This document shows positions 10,012-19,162 of a stretch of DNA of 64,000 nucleotides, in pieces (within the stretch, counting starts at the first letter, position 1; each line of letters begins with the position of its first letter). Made by a program: the position numbers and the translations under genes. The DNA comes from Oscillospiraceae bacterium. GTDB lineage: Bacteria > Bacillota > Clostridia > Oscillospirales > Oscillospiraceae. The notes below the pieces were generated by a model. That model was not told where the DNA came from, did not search any database, and worked only from the letters and a program-made list of their open reading frames with translations. The stretch covers positions 31,248 through 95,247 of the forward strand of contig CACWIS010000005.1 of NCBI GenBank assembly GCA_902761055.1, given 5' to 3'.

Positions 10012-10938
10012 ATGGTCCAACTCGACGCGATCCAGAAAAGACTGATCTCGGAGATCGCCGATCTCCATTCCGTCCCCGAGGGCGCATACAACTTCCGCGC
10101 CAACAGCCGGCTCGCGGGGCGCAACACCACGGCCAACATCGACATCGTCTCCAAGGACGACGGCAGCGGCATCGACGTGCGCATCCGGCCCGGCACGAAA
10201 AACGAGAGCGTACACATCCCGGTCGTCATCTCCGAGACCGGCATCAAGGAGACCGTGTACAACGATTTCTACATCGGCGAGGACAGCGACGTCGTGATCG
10301 TCGCGGGCTGCGGCATCGACAACTGCGGCGGCAAGGACAGCGAGCACGACGGCGTGCACCGCTTTTTCGTCGGCCGCGGCGCGAAGGTCAAATACGTTGA
10401 AAAGCACTACGGCTCCGGCGACGGGCGCGGCAAGCGCATCCTGAATCCCGTGACCGAGTGCTACATGGACGAGGACAGCTCCATGGAAATGGAGATGGAG
10501 CAGATCAAGGGCGTCGACTCCACCGAGCGCGCGACCCGCGCCGAGCTCAAGAGCGGGGCGCGGCTCGTCGTCAAGGAGAGGCTGATGACCCACGGGGTGC
10601 AGAACGCCGTGAGCAGCTATCAGGTCGATCTCAACGGCGCGGGCGCGACGGCGGACGTCGTGTCCCGCTCGGTCGCGCGCGACGATTCGACCCAGACCTT
10701 CAACGCGCGCATCACGGGCAACGCTCCCTGCAGCGGCCATACCGAGTGCGACTCGATCATCATGGACCGCGGCCGCATCCTCGCGATCCCCTCGCTGGAG
10801 GCCAACGACGTGGACGCGATGCTCGTGCACGAGGCCGCCATCGGCAAGATCGCCGGCGACCAGCTCATCAAGCTCCGCACGCTCGGTCTCACCGAGGCCG
10901 AGGCCGAGGAGCAGATCATCAACGGATTTTTGAGATAA
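10012..10938 (+). CDS. SufB/SufD family Fe-S assembly protein
   Basis: 308 aa. The C-terminal region HEAAIGKIAGDQLIKLRTLGLTEAEAEEQIINGF is typical of SufB/SufD. Lies immediately downstream of sufC. Confidence 0.8.
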   Translation: MVQLDAIQKRLISEIADLHSVPEGAYNFRANSRLAGRNTTANIDIVSKDDGSGIDVRIRPGTKNESVHIPVVISETGIKETVYNDFYIGEDSDVVIVAGCGIDNCGGKDSEHDGVHRFFVGRGAKVKYVEKHYGSGDGRGKRILNPVTECYMDEDSSMEMEMEQIKGVDSTERATRAELKSGARLVVKERLMTHGVQNAVSSYQVDLNGAGATADVVSRSVARDDSTQTFNARITGNAPCSGHTECDSIIMDRGRILAIPSLEANDVDAMLVHEAAIGKIAGDQLIKLRTLGLTEAEAEEQIINGFLR

Positions 10939-10948
10939 GGAGAGAGCC

Positions 10949-11194
10949 ATGTTCCTGAAGATCACCAAGCTGATCGGCAAGCCCGTCTGCGCCGCGCTCT
11001 GGGCCGTTTTCGCCGCGCTCGCGGCAAAGCGGAAGCCCCTTCCCCTGCTCCTGCTTTTTGCGCTGCACCTCTTTGAGACGCTGACCGTCGGCCGCAGGGT
11101 CGCGAAGGAGCACGGCGTCGGCGCGGTCGCGTGGATCGCGAACTGTCTGTGCTTCGGCTTCACCTGGTGGCTGCCGCTCCGTGAGGAGGGCTGA
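10949..11194 (+). CDS. small hydrophobic membrane protein, unknown function
   Basis: 81-aa ORF, 10 nt after the sufB/D stop, with three hydrophobic segments. Followed by a terminator. Confidence 0.5.
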   Translation: MFLKITKLIGKPVCAALWAVFAALAAKRKPLPLLLLFALHLFETLTVGRRVAKEHGVGAVAWIANCLCFGFTWWLPLREEG

Positions 11195-11204
11195 ATCGAA
11201 AATA

Positions 11205-11241
11205 AAAGCCGCGGACCTTCCGGTCCGCGGCTTTCGTTTTT
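11205..11241. terminator. bidirectional intrinsic terminator
   Basis: Stem GCCGCGGACC/GGTCCGCGGC (11208-11217 / 11222-11231) flanked by an A-run and a T-run. Lies between convergent genes. Confidence 0.8.
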
Positions 11242-11692
11242 ATCGGTGGATATACATCCTTGTCAATCCGTCCTCGCCGTCGCCCTGCACCAGGCACAGG
11301 AATTCCCAGCCGCAGCGCTCGTAGAAGCCGATGTGATCCGTCACGAGATAGAGCGGCGAGATCCCCTTCGCGCGCTGGTCCTCCACCGTCAGGTCCAGAA
11401 GCCGCCCGGCGACGCCGCGGCCGCGGTACGCCTCCTCGGTATACACCGCGCAGACGTTGGGCGCGAGGTCCTTGCGCTCGTGAAAATCGTTTTCGATCAC
11501 GCCCATGCCGCCGACGATCGTCTCGCCGTCGAGGCAGAGATACCAGCCGTATTCCGTCAGGCCCCCGAGATAGGCGTCCATGCACTCCAGATAGGCTTCC
11601 TCCGGCACGCCCCACTTTCTGTGGAACCAGGCCGCGGCGCGCTCGCGCAGCTCCGGCCGCTCGCGGAGCGTGACGTATTTCAGCTCGTCCAT
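11240..11692 (-). CDS. GNAT family N-acetyltransferase
   Basis: 150 aa. Acetyl-CoA motif YRGRGVAGRLL. Confidence 0.85.
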   Translation of the reverse strand: MDELKYVTLRERPELRERAAAWFHRKWGVPEEAYLECMDAYLGGLTEYGWYLCLDGETIVGGMGVIENDFHERKDLAPNVCAVYTEEAYRGRGVAGRLLDLTVEDQRAKGISPLYLVTDHIGFYERCGWEFLCLVQGDGEDGLTRMYIHR

Positions 11693-11693
11693 A

Positions 11694-12149
11694 TCAAAAC
11701 AGCTCCCTTTCGATCAGTGCGCACAGCGCCTCGAGTCCCGCCTTGTCCTCCTCGGAGAAGCGCTCCTTCACCGGACTGTCGATGTCGAGCACGCCGACGA
11801 CCCGGCCCTGCGCGTGCAGCGGCACGACGATCTCGGAATTGGAGGCGCAGTCGCAGGCGATGTGCCCGGGGAAGGCGTGCACGTCCGGCACGAGCTGCGT
11901 CGCGTCAAGCGCGGCGGCCGTCCCGCAGACGCCGCGGCCCCGGGAGATCTCGATGCAGGCCGGCTTGCCCTGGAAGGGACCGAGCACGAGCTTGTCCCCC
12001 TCGGCAAGATAAAAGCCCGCCCAGTTGATCTCGTCGAGCGTATCGTAGAGCAGCGCCGAAAGATTGGCGAGATTGGCGACAAAATGCGGCACGCCGCCGA
12101 TCAGGCTCCCGGCCAGGGCGAGCAGTTCGGCGTAATCGGTTTTCTTCAC
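11694..12149 (-). CDS. msrC: GAF-domain free methionine-(R)-sulfoxide reductase
   Basis: 151 aa. GKPACIEISRGRGVCGTAA and HIACDCASNSEIVVP match the YebR/fRMsr pattern. Confidence 0.8.
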   Translation of the reverse strand: MKKTDYAELLALAGSLIGGVPHFVANLANLSALLYDTLDEINWAGFYLAEGDKLVLGPFQGKPACIEISRGRGVCGTAAALDATQLVPDVHAFPGHIACDCASNSEIVVPLHAQGRVVGVLDIDSPVKERFSEEDKAGLEALCALIERELF

Positions 12150-12255
12150 AAGGCAAGACCCCTTTCTATCGTTCCGATGATATCCCCTTGCGCCGCGCTT
12201 GTCAATTTAATTGTGCCGTGATAAAGTAAAGGCAGCTTTTTGCGGAGGTGCGGAC

Positions 12256-12516
12256 ATGGACGAGAAAGAAAAGCAGGATATGAAGAAGACGGAGCGGAGC
12301 GAGCAGAACGGACTCGCGCTCGGCATGTGTCTCGGCGTCGCGATGGGGGCCGCGCTCGGCTCGGCGCTCGGCAGCACGGGGGCCGGGGTCTCTCTCGGAC
12401 TCTGCCTCGGGATGTGCATCGGCGCGATTTTTGACAACCGCGCCCGCGCAGGGGAGGACGCGGATCAGCCGGAGGAAAGCGAAGAAGAAAAACGGGAGAC
12501 GGAGGAGAAGCCGTGA
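12256..12516 (+). CDS. small glycine-zipper membrane protein with an acidic tail
   Basis: ATG at 12256 with GGAGGTG 5 nt upstream. Core sequence GLALGMCLGVAMGAALGSALGSTGAGVSLGLCLGMCIGA. The stop overlaps the next gene's start (GTGA). Confidence 0.6.
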   Translation: MDEKEKQDMKKTERSEQNGLALGMCLGVAMGAALGSALGSTGAGVSLGLCLGMCIGAIFDNRARAGEDADQPEESEEEKRETEEKP

Positions 12517-12932
12517 AGATCTATATCGCCGCGCCCCTCTTCAACGAGGCCGAGCGCGCCTTCAACGAGCGCATCGACGCGATCCTGCGCAGCTGCGGAC
12601 ACGAGACCTTCCTGCCCCAGCGCGCGGGCGGCTGCGTCGCCGATCTGCCGGAGCAGATCGAGGGCATGGAAAAGCGCAAATACCTCTTTCTGCTCGACTG
12701 CAGGAACCTCGACTGGTGCGACACGCTGCTGTTCGTCTTCGACGGCCGCGTGCCGGACGAGGGCGCCTGCTTCGAGCTGGGCTACTGCTACGCGCAGGGC
12801 AAGCGCTGCATCGGCTACAAGACCGACGCGCGCAGCTTCATCGACGGCTTCGACAACGTGATGCTCCACGGCGCGCCGGAGACCGTGCTGCGCAGCGAGG
12901 ACGAGCTGCGCGCCTTTTTCTCCGCGCAGTAA
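12513..12932 (+). CDS. nucleoside 2-deoxyribosyltransferase family protein
   Basis: GTG start at 12513. Contains MKIYIAAPLFNEAER and RVPDEGACFELGYCYAQGK (family D..E.G...A.GK motif). Confidence 0.75.
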   Translation: MKIYIAAPLFNEAERAFNERIDAILRSCGHETFLPQRAGGCVADLPEQIEGMEKRKYLFLLDCRNLDWCDTLLFVFDGRVPDEGACFELGYCYAQGKRCIGYKTDARSFIDGFDNVMLHGAPETVLRSEDELRAFFSAQ

Positions 12933-12947
12933 GTCGAGCGCGATCTC

Positions 12948-12985
12948 AAAAGCCGGGGACGCTTTTTCCGTCCCCGGTTTTTTTC
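12948..12985 (+). terminator. intrinsic terminator
   Basis: Stem CCGGGGACG/CGTCCCCGG (12953-12961 / 12969-12977) followed by TTTTTTT. Confidence 0.8.
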
Positions 12986-12987
12986 TC

Positions 12988-13016
12988 TTGCACACGGCGG
13001 CCGGAAGGCGTATACT
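12988..13016 (+). promoter_or_regulatory. sigma-70-like promoter for the permease gene
   Basis: TTGCAC, 17 nt, TATACT (13011-13016). Confidence 0.5.
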
Positions 13017-13048
13017 GTGCCGGGATTTTCTGACGATCGAGGTAAACC

Positions 13049-14158
13049 ATGGCAACGATCCGCTCTTTCATCCGGCGCGAGCCGGTGCTGCTGATCGCCG
13101 CGCTCGCCGCCGCGGTCAGCTGTTTTTTCGTCCCGCCGGACGCGCGCTATCTCTCCTATATCGATTTCCGCACGCTCGCGCTGCTCTACTGTCTGATGAC
13201 GGTCGTCGCCGGGCTGCGGCAGGCGGGGCTTTTCGCGCATCTGGCGCACATGCTCTGCCGCAGGGTCTCGACGCTGCGCGCGATGAGCGCGCTGCTGGTC
13301 GCGCTGTGCTTCTTCTCCGCCATGCTCATCACCAACGACGTGGCGCTGCTGACCTTCGTGCCCTTCGCCGTCGTCGTGCTCGGCATGGCCGACCAGCGCG
13401 ACGCGCTGATCCGCGTCGTCGTGCTGCAGACCGTGGCTGCCAATCTCGGCAGCATGCTCACGCCCGTGGGCAACCCGCAGAATCTGTATCTCTACTCGTA
13501 TTACGATCTCTCACTCGGGGATTTTGTCCGCTTCACCTTCCCGGTTTGGGCGCTTTCCTTCGCGCTGATCGCACTTGCCTGCCTCTCCGTGCCCGCCTCG
13601 CGCCTGGAGCTGTTCCTCGGCGAAGAGCCGGGTGTGGAGAAGAAGGGACTGCTCCTGCACGGCGCGCTCTTTGCCGTCTGTCTGCTGGTCGTGCTGCGTG
13701 TGATCGGCTGGCCGGTCATGCTGCTCGCCGTGATCGCCGTGCTGCTGGTCTTTGACCGCAGGCTGCTCGTCCGGGCGGATTTCATGCTGCTGCTGACCTT
13801 TGTGGCCTTTTTCATCTTTTCGGGCAACCTCGCCCGGCAGGAGAGCGTCGACCGCCTGCTGCGCGGCCTGCTCGCGGGACGGGAGTACGCGGTCTCGCTC
13901 GCCGCGAGCCAGGTCATCAGCAACGTCCCCGCGGCGCTGCTGCTCTCCGGCTTCACCCAGAACGCGCACGCGCTGCTGCTGGGCGTGAACATCGGCGGCC
14001 TCGGCACGCCGATCGCAAGTCTGGCGAGCCTCATCAGCATGAAGCTCTACGCCCACTCCGAGCACGCCCATCCGGGGCGATTCCTCGCGGAATTCAGCTT
14101 TTTCAATATCCTGCTGCTGATCCTGCTCTCCGTTTTGAGCGTCTTTCTGCTTCGATAA
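13049..14158 (+). CDS. ArsB/NhaD-superfamily (citrate-transporter-like / SLC13-like) anion permease
   Basis: 369 aa, polytopic. ITNDVALLTFVPF and LTPVGNPQNLYLYS are typical of the CitMHS/ArsB superfamily. Confidence 0.75.
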   Translation: MATIRSFIRREPVLLIAALAAAVSCFFVPPDARYLSYIDFRTLALLYCLMTVVAGLRQAGLFAHLAHMLCRRVSTLRAMSALLVALCFFSAMLITNDVALLTFVPFAVVVLGMADQRDALIRVVVLQTVAANLGSMLTPVGNPQNLYLYSYYDLSLGDFVRFTFPVWALSFALIALACLSVPASRLELFLGEEPGVEKKGLLLHGALFAVCLLVVLRVIGWPVMLLAVIAVLLVFDRRLLVRADFMLLLTFVAFFIFSGNLARQESVDRLLRGLLAGREYAVSLAASQVISNVPAALLLSGFTQNAHALLLGVNIGGLGTPIASLASLISMKLYAHSEHAHPGRFLAEFSFFNILLLILLSVLSVFLLR

Positions 14159-14162
14159 ACAA

Positions 14163-14198
14163 ACACGGCCCGGGCTTTGCAGCCCGGGCCGTGTTTTC
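14163..14198. terminator. bidirectional intrinsic terminator
   Basis: Perfect 13-bp stem ACACGGCCCGGGC/GCCCGGGCCGTGT followed by TTTT. Lies between convergent genes. Confidence 0.8.
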
Positions 14199-14207
14199 CG
14201 CTTGTTT

Positions 14208-15803
14208 TCAGGCGAAGCGCTCGATCAGCCCCTTGACGCCCTCGCGCTCATAGATCCCGCGCACCCAGACCAGCTCGTCGCCGATCAGCGCGTCGATGGC
14301 ACGCATGCCCAGCAGCTCGACCGGCGCGCGGTCGTCGCTGAGGATATGCCCGCCGCCCTTCTCTGCGACGAGGCGCGAGGCGACCTGCTCCATCATGCTG
14401 CGCAGCTCGCCGGAGGGCATCCGCGCGACGGCGGCGCGGAGTCTTTCGGCGGGCGCCGCGTCCGTGCAGGCGAAGAGCTCGCGGTTCGTGTTGCCGCGCA
14501 CGTCCGCCGACGCGACGCAGGGAAAGACCGCGGCGATCGTGTCGCGCAGCGACTCGTTGATGCTGCCCTCGCCGTCGGAATGCATGTTCAGGTTCACGAC
14601 CATCACGCCTCCCGGCGCGAGGTGCTCGCGCACCATCGTGAAAAACTCTACGGAGGACATCTGGAATGGGATCGTGATGTCCTGATACGCGTCGACGAGG
14701 ATCACGTCGTAGCGCGTGTCCACGGCCTGCAGAAAGGCGCGGCCGTCGTATTCGGTGACCTGCACCGCGTCGGGCAGCTCGAAGTATTCCCGCGCGAGAT
14801 CGGTGATTTTCCCGTCGATCTCCACGCCCTCGACGCTGCTGCCGGGGAAATAACGCAGGCACTGGGCCGCGTAGGTCCCCGTGCCGTTGCCGAGGATCAG
14901 CACGCGCGGCGACTCCGCCTCCGCCATCGCGCAGGCGGCGAGCGCATAATCGTAGTACATGCCCGTAAGGCCGCCGTCCTTCATCCTCACCGACTGCACG
15001 CCGAAGAGCACGTTCGTCGCGAGCACGACGCTCTTTTCATCCTCCTTGACCTGCAGATAGTTGTAGACCGACTCGCCCTCGTATTTCAGATCGTTTTCCC
15101 AGAAAGCGAAGGCCTTGCTGCGTCCGAAAAGCGTGCACAGCAGGAACAGGACCAGCGCGATCACGGCGGCGCGCAGCCCTCTGCGCGCGCTGAAGAAGAA
15201 GGCCAGCGCGATCGCCAGCAGGATCGCGGAGAAAATGAGGAAGGTCACGGCCGTGCCGACGGCCGGGATCGTGACGAAGGTGGGCAGAAAGGTGCCGAGG
15301 ATGCTGCCGACCGTGTTGCAGGCGCCGAGACGGCCGACCGTGCGGCCGCTGTCGTCGAGACTGTCCACCGTCGCCTTGACCAGCGAGGGTGTGACCGTGC
15401 CGAGCAGGAAGAGCGGATAGACGAACAGCAGTATGCATGAGACGAAGGCCGCGATCACGAGAAAGTTCGTGCTGACCGTGAAGATCAGCAGCGCCGAGAC
15501 GCCGAGGATCACATACTTGCCCAGCACCGGGATCGCCGCGATCCACACGGCCGCGACGAGGATGCGCCGGTAGAGCAGCGCCGGATCGGGGTTTTTGTCC
15601 GCCGCCCTGCCGCCGTAGAGATTGCCGAGCGCCATGGCGATCATGATCGTGCCGATGATGATCGTCCAGACGATCTGCGAGGAGCTGAAATACGGCGCGA
15701 GCAGGCGGCTCGCCCCGAGCTCGACTGCCATGACGGACACGCCGGCAAAGAACTCGGTGATATACAAAAAGAGCTTGCTTTTCAGGATCGGGTATTCTTT
15801 CAC
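14208..15803 (-). CDS. fused membrane-domain / spermidine synthase-like protein
   Basis: GTG at 15803 with GGGAGTGAGG upstream. About seven N-terminal TM segments precede a SAM-dependent aminopropyltransferase-like domain (VLILGNGTGT, ILVDAY). The Arg-rich extension to 16025 in the track is rejected. Confidence 0.75.
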   Translation of the reverse strand: MKEYPILKSKLFLYITEFFAGVSVMAVELGASRLLAPYFSSSQIVWTIIIGTIMIAMALGNLYGGRAADKNPDPALLYRRILVAAVWIAAIPVLGKYVILGVSALLIFTVSTNFLVIAAFVSCILLFVYPLFLLGTVTPSLVKATVDSLDDSGRTVGRLGACNTVGSILGTFLPTFVTIPAVGTAVTFLIFSAILLAIALAFFFSARRGLRAAVIALVLFLLCTLFGRSKAFAFWENDLKYEGESVYNYLQVKEDEKSVVLATNVLFGVQSVRMKDGGLTGMYYDYALAACAMAEAESPRVLILGNGTGTYAAQCLRYFPGSSVEGVEIDGKITDLAREYFELPDAVQVTEYDGRAFLQAVDTRYDVILVDAYQDITIPFQMSSVEFFTMVREHLAPGGVMVVNLNMHSDGEGSINESLRDTIAAVFPCVASADVRGNTNRELFACTDAAPAERLRAAVARMPSGELRSMMEQVASRLVAEKGGGHILSDDRAPVELLGMRAIDALIGDELVWVRGIYEREGVKGLIERFA

Positions 15804-16071
15804 GTGCCTCACTCCCGGGAAAAGTGTAGCACATTTTTCCTCTCTTGCCAAGCGTGCGCATGCTGCGGTAAAACAGGGCGAACGATGAGGAACGGAGCGC
15901 GCGCGGCCGGGCATGCACTGCACGGCGGAGAAGGGCGCGGTGCAGACGATGGAAAACCTGCGCAGGATGTACGACCTCGCCGCGCTCATCCCCGCCGTGC
16001 TCTTCGGTCTTATGGCGCGGCGCAAAAGCGGGGCAGTCTTTTACGACAGCCCCGCTTTTGCGCGAGCGGCA

Positions 16072-16836
16072 TCATCTTTTCTTGTACAGCATAAGCTCCG
16101 GATCGGCGCCTTCCTTCCCGTAGCGGCAGATCAGGATGAAATCCGCGTTGGCCAGGACGCCGAAGCACCGCTCTTCGTCCCCTTCCGACTGCAGCTGATT
16201 CCCCAGATAGGTCGTCCCGTCGTCGAGAAATTTCACGCTCGCGCCGCCGGGGAGCGGATAAGCCAGATTCACGTAGCTTCCGACAAGCGCGTTGAGCTTT
16301 TCAAGGCGCGGCATCCCCTCGATACGCAGAGCGTTGATCTCCTCGATCAGTTTTTTCTTGAGCGCCTCGAACGCGCCGTCGCCCTTGAACTCCCCGTGTC
16401 TCTTCCAGTAGTCCAGCTCGGGCAGCTTCTGTTTGAGATAAGCCCTGGCCTGCTGTTCGGAAAAGCCCGCGCCCGCCATGTTCCCGGCGCACACGTCGAT
16501 GAGATCGTCCATATCGCTGTACGTGTAGGTCCCGTCGGCATAGCACCACCGGCAGTAATCCTCGTTGAGGGAGCCGTCCCTGTTCCGCCCGAGGCTGCTG
16601 TCCTCCAGCGGCATCCCGCAGCACTGGCAGACGAGCCGGCGCGGCGAGCCCAGCAGCGTGTTGATGGAAACGTCGTACAGCCCGGAGAGCAGCTTGAGCG
16701 TCTCTGTGTTCGGCGTCGTTTCTCCGTTTTCCCAACGCGACACGGCCTGCCGCGTCACGAAAACCCGCTCGGCCAGCTCATCCTGGGACAGCCCGTGCTT
16801 TGTCCGCAGCTCATAGAGTATTTCTTTCGTGTTCAT
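16072..16836 (-). CDS. XRE-family HTH regulator with zinc-ribbon and C-terminal domain
   Basis: The N-terminus LRTKHGLSQDELAERVFVTRQAVSRWENG is an HTH_3 motif. It is followed by CQCCGMPL...CRWC. Confidence 0.8.
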   Translation of the reverse strand: MNTKEILYELRTKHGLSQDELAERVFVTRQAVSRWENGETTPNTETLKLLSGLYDVSINTLLGSPRRLVCQCCGMPLEDSSLGRNRDGSLNEDYCRWCYADGTYTYSDMDDLIDVCAGNMAGAGFSEQQARAYLKQKLPELDYWKRHGEFKGDGAFEALKKKLIEEINALRIEGMPRLEKLNALVGSYVNLAYPLPGGASVKFLDDGTTYLGNQLQSEGDEERCFGVLANADFILICRYGKEGADPELMLYKKR

Positions 16837-16908
16837 ATGCTCGCCTCCTCAACGCCGATTGTAACGCAAAACGCTCCGCTATGCACGCAACTTGCTGTTG
16901 CTCCGCTC

Positions 16909-18939
16909 TCACGCGTCCTTATCGCGCGCGCGGAGGAACCAGACCGGCTCGTCCGTCGGCAGGCAGCGCACGGTCACGGCCGCGCCGCCGGAAAAGACTT
17001 CGCTCCCGCCGCGCAGCCGCCAGCCTTTTTCATCCGCCGGCAGACGCACCGTCACCGTCTCCGCGCCCCGATCAAAGACCGGACAGGCCAGGATCTCGTC
17101 GCCGCAGAAAAAGCAGTCGCTCTCGCAGTCGTAATCCGGCTCGGAGAGAAACACGGGCCAGATCAGCGGCTCATACAGCCGTCTCTTGCGCTCGTACTCA
17201 CTCCGCAGATAGGGCAGGAGCCTTTCGCGCAGCGCAAAGAGGCGGCGCACGCTGTCCATGAGCTCGGGATAGAGCCAGGGCATCGTCGAGGGCGCGCCGG
17301 GCTTCCAGGAGTGGAGGACGAAGCGCGGCGTGAACACGCCGTACTGCAGCCAGCGCAGGAAAAGCTCGCGGTCCGGCTGCGGCCCGGCGAAGCCGCCGAT
17401 GTCCGCGCCGAAGAAGGAAAAGCCGGAGAGGGCCATTGTCATCGCCTGGTAATGGTTGCAGCGCAGGTCTTCAAAGCTCGTGCGGTTGTCGCCCGTCCAG
17501 GTCGTCGCGACGCGCTGCGTCGCGGCGATCGCGCAGCGCGAGACGTTGAAGGGGACGAAGTCCTCCCCCGTCGCCTCCATGCAGGCCTCGCGGCTGGCGC
17601 GCGCCATGAGATAGGAGAAAAGCGGGCGGATCAGTCTTGCCCTCGTCTCATGCCCGAAGCCGTCCGCGAGCACGGCGGCGTCGAGCACGTCGTATTCGTT
17701 GTTGTCGTTCCAGATATGCCGGTAACCCTTTTCGACGAGCTGCCGCTTCACCTGCTCCTTCCAGAACTCGTACGCGCCGCGGTTCGTGAAATCGAGATAG
17801 CTCGCCATGCCGCCCCAGAAGGGGAAGCGGGCGGGGCTGCCGTCGGCGTAGCGGAGAAAGTATCCCTTCCCGGCCAGCTCGTCATAGAGCGGATGCGTGG
17901 TCAGGAACGCGGGCTTGACGTTGGCGACAAGCTCCATGCCGTTTTCGCGGAAATACGCCGCAAGGCCCTCCGGCGAGGGGATCTTCTCGGCGTTCCAGTG
18001 AAAGACGCAGCGTCGATCGCCGATTTGGGTATAGCCGCTGGAGAGATAAAAGCCGCCCGCCTTCAGGCCGTTTTCCGCGCACTTCGTCACAAAACCGCGC
18101 AGGCGCTTATCCGCATCGGGCGCATCGGTGTATTCCATCGTGCTGCCGCAGTAGCAAAACGCCCAGCCGGGCACCGCCGCCGCGCCGCCGCAGAGCGCGG
18201 TGAAGCGCCGCACGATCTGCGCCGTTGTGCCGAGGATGAGGTAGAACACCATGCTCTCCTCCTCGAAGCGGACGGAGGAAAAGGGCTCGTAATAATTGTC
18301 GTGCTCCCGGCCGAAGTCCGCGCGGCCGTCGGAATACGTGTCGTAAAAAACGCCGCAGCTCCCCGCGCCGTTCTCGCAGATATAGAACGGGACCTGCTTG
18401 TAGAGCGGGTCGCTGTCCTTTGCGGAAAAGCCCATCGAATCCGTGGCCGCCAGCGTGAAGCTGCGCCCGGATTTGTTCACCGCGCCGCCCTTGTCCCCGA
18501 GGCCGAAGATGCGCTCGCCCTCCTCGCGGCGCGTAAAGTGGACGAAACCCTCGCCCAGCTCGCCGTCGAAGTTGTAGGCAAGGCCGCTGCGGTCGGCGTA
18601 GAGGAGGCCTCGGTCCGTCCGCGCCGTGATGCGGAAATTCTTTTTCTCAACGCGGAAGTCCGCGCCGCCGAGAGAAAAGCGCAGCTCCTCCTCCGTCTCC
18701 CCGCACTCCGGGCAGACGGTCCGCAGGCCCTCGGTCGAGAGCTTGCCGCGCCCCTCGAGCGGGCAGTCGCCCGCGCCGGGCCAGACGTTCCACGTCGGCA
18801 GCAGGGCCGCGCCGTCGTGCAGCAGCGCGACGCGGAGCATGTCTTCAAAGAAGTCCAGCCGCATCGTCACGCCGTCGGCGGTATAGAGCCGCATGGACGG
18901 CTCGGCGTGGGTCAGAACAAAGCGGTGGTCGAATTTCAT
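16909..18939 (-). CDS. glycoside hydrolase family 31 (alpha-glucosidase / alpha-xylosidase type)
   Basis: 676 aa. Contains HIWNDNNEY (WxDxNE nucleophile region) and FFGADIGGF. Confidence 0.85.
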   Translation of the reverse strand: MKFDHRFVLTHAEPSMRLYTADGVTMRLDFFEDMLRVALLHDGAALLPTWNVWPGAGDCPLEGRGKLSTEGLRTVCPECGETEEELRFSLGGADFRVEKKNFRITARTDRGLLYADRSGLAYNFDGELGEGFVHFTRREEGERIFGLGDKGGAVNKSGRSFTLAATDSMGFSAKDSDPLYKQVPFYICENGAGSCGVFYDTYSDGRADFGREHDNYYEPFSSVRFEEESMVFYLILGTTAQIVRRFTALCGGAAAVPGWAFCYCGSTMEYTDAPDADKRLRGFVTKCAENGLKAGGFYLSSGYTQIGDRRCVFHWNAEKIPSPEGLAAYFRENGMELVANVKPAFLTTHPLYDELAGKGYFLRYADGSPARFPFWGGMASYLDFTNRGAYEFWKEQVKRQLVEKGYRHIWNDNNEYDVLDAAVLADGFGHETRARLIRPLFSYLMARASREACMEATGEDFVPFNVSRCAIAATQRVATTWTGDNRTSFEDLRCNHYQAMTMALSGFSFFGADIGGFAGPQPDRELFLRWLQYGVFTPRFVLHSWKPGAPSTMPWLYPELMDSVRRLFALRERLLPYLRSEYERKRRLYEPLIWPVFLSEPDYDCESDCFFCGDEILACPVFDRGAETVTVRLPADEKGWRLRGGSEVFSGGAAVTVRCLPTDEPVWFLRARDKDA

Positions 18940-19073
18940 GCTTTCGATCTCCCTTTTTGAGGAAACGACCGGTCATGCGCCCTGCCCGCGCGTCTCGCGG
19001 CCGCGCTGCGGGAGCGCTCGGGCAAGCGCTTCTGCTTTCCCCTGACCCGCCTCTTCCCGATCGGTTTTTCTTC

Positions 19074-19101
19074 ATTATAGCATCCGCACGGCGGGAGTCA
19101 A
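19074..19101 (-). promoter_or_regulatory. sigma-70-like promoter for the GH31 gene
   Basis: On the minus strand: TTGACT (19101-19096), 16 nt, TATAAT (19079-19074). Back-to-back with the mutY promoter. Confidence 0.4.
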
Positions 19102-19130
19102 TTGCAAAGCCGCCGCGGCTTTGCTATAAT
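19102..19130 (+). promoter_or_regulatory. sigma-70-like promoter for mutY
   Basis: TTGCAA (19102-19107), 17 nt, TATAAT (19125-19130). Confidence 0.45.
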
Positions 19131-19162
19131 ACGGGAAAGAGAGCTCGGAAAGGAGGCGCGCC

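Noticed and set aside
15913-18960. A 1015-aa plus-strand ORF.
   Set aside because: It is antisense to the XRE/zinc-ribbon gene and the GH31 gene, shows the same Arg/Ala/Gly-rich composition and has no motifs. The opposite strand carries the WxDxNE and GADIGGF GH31 signatures.
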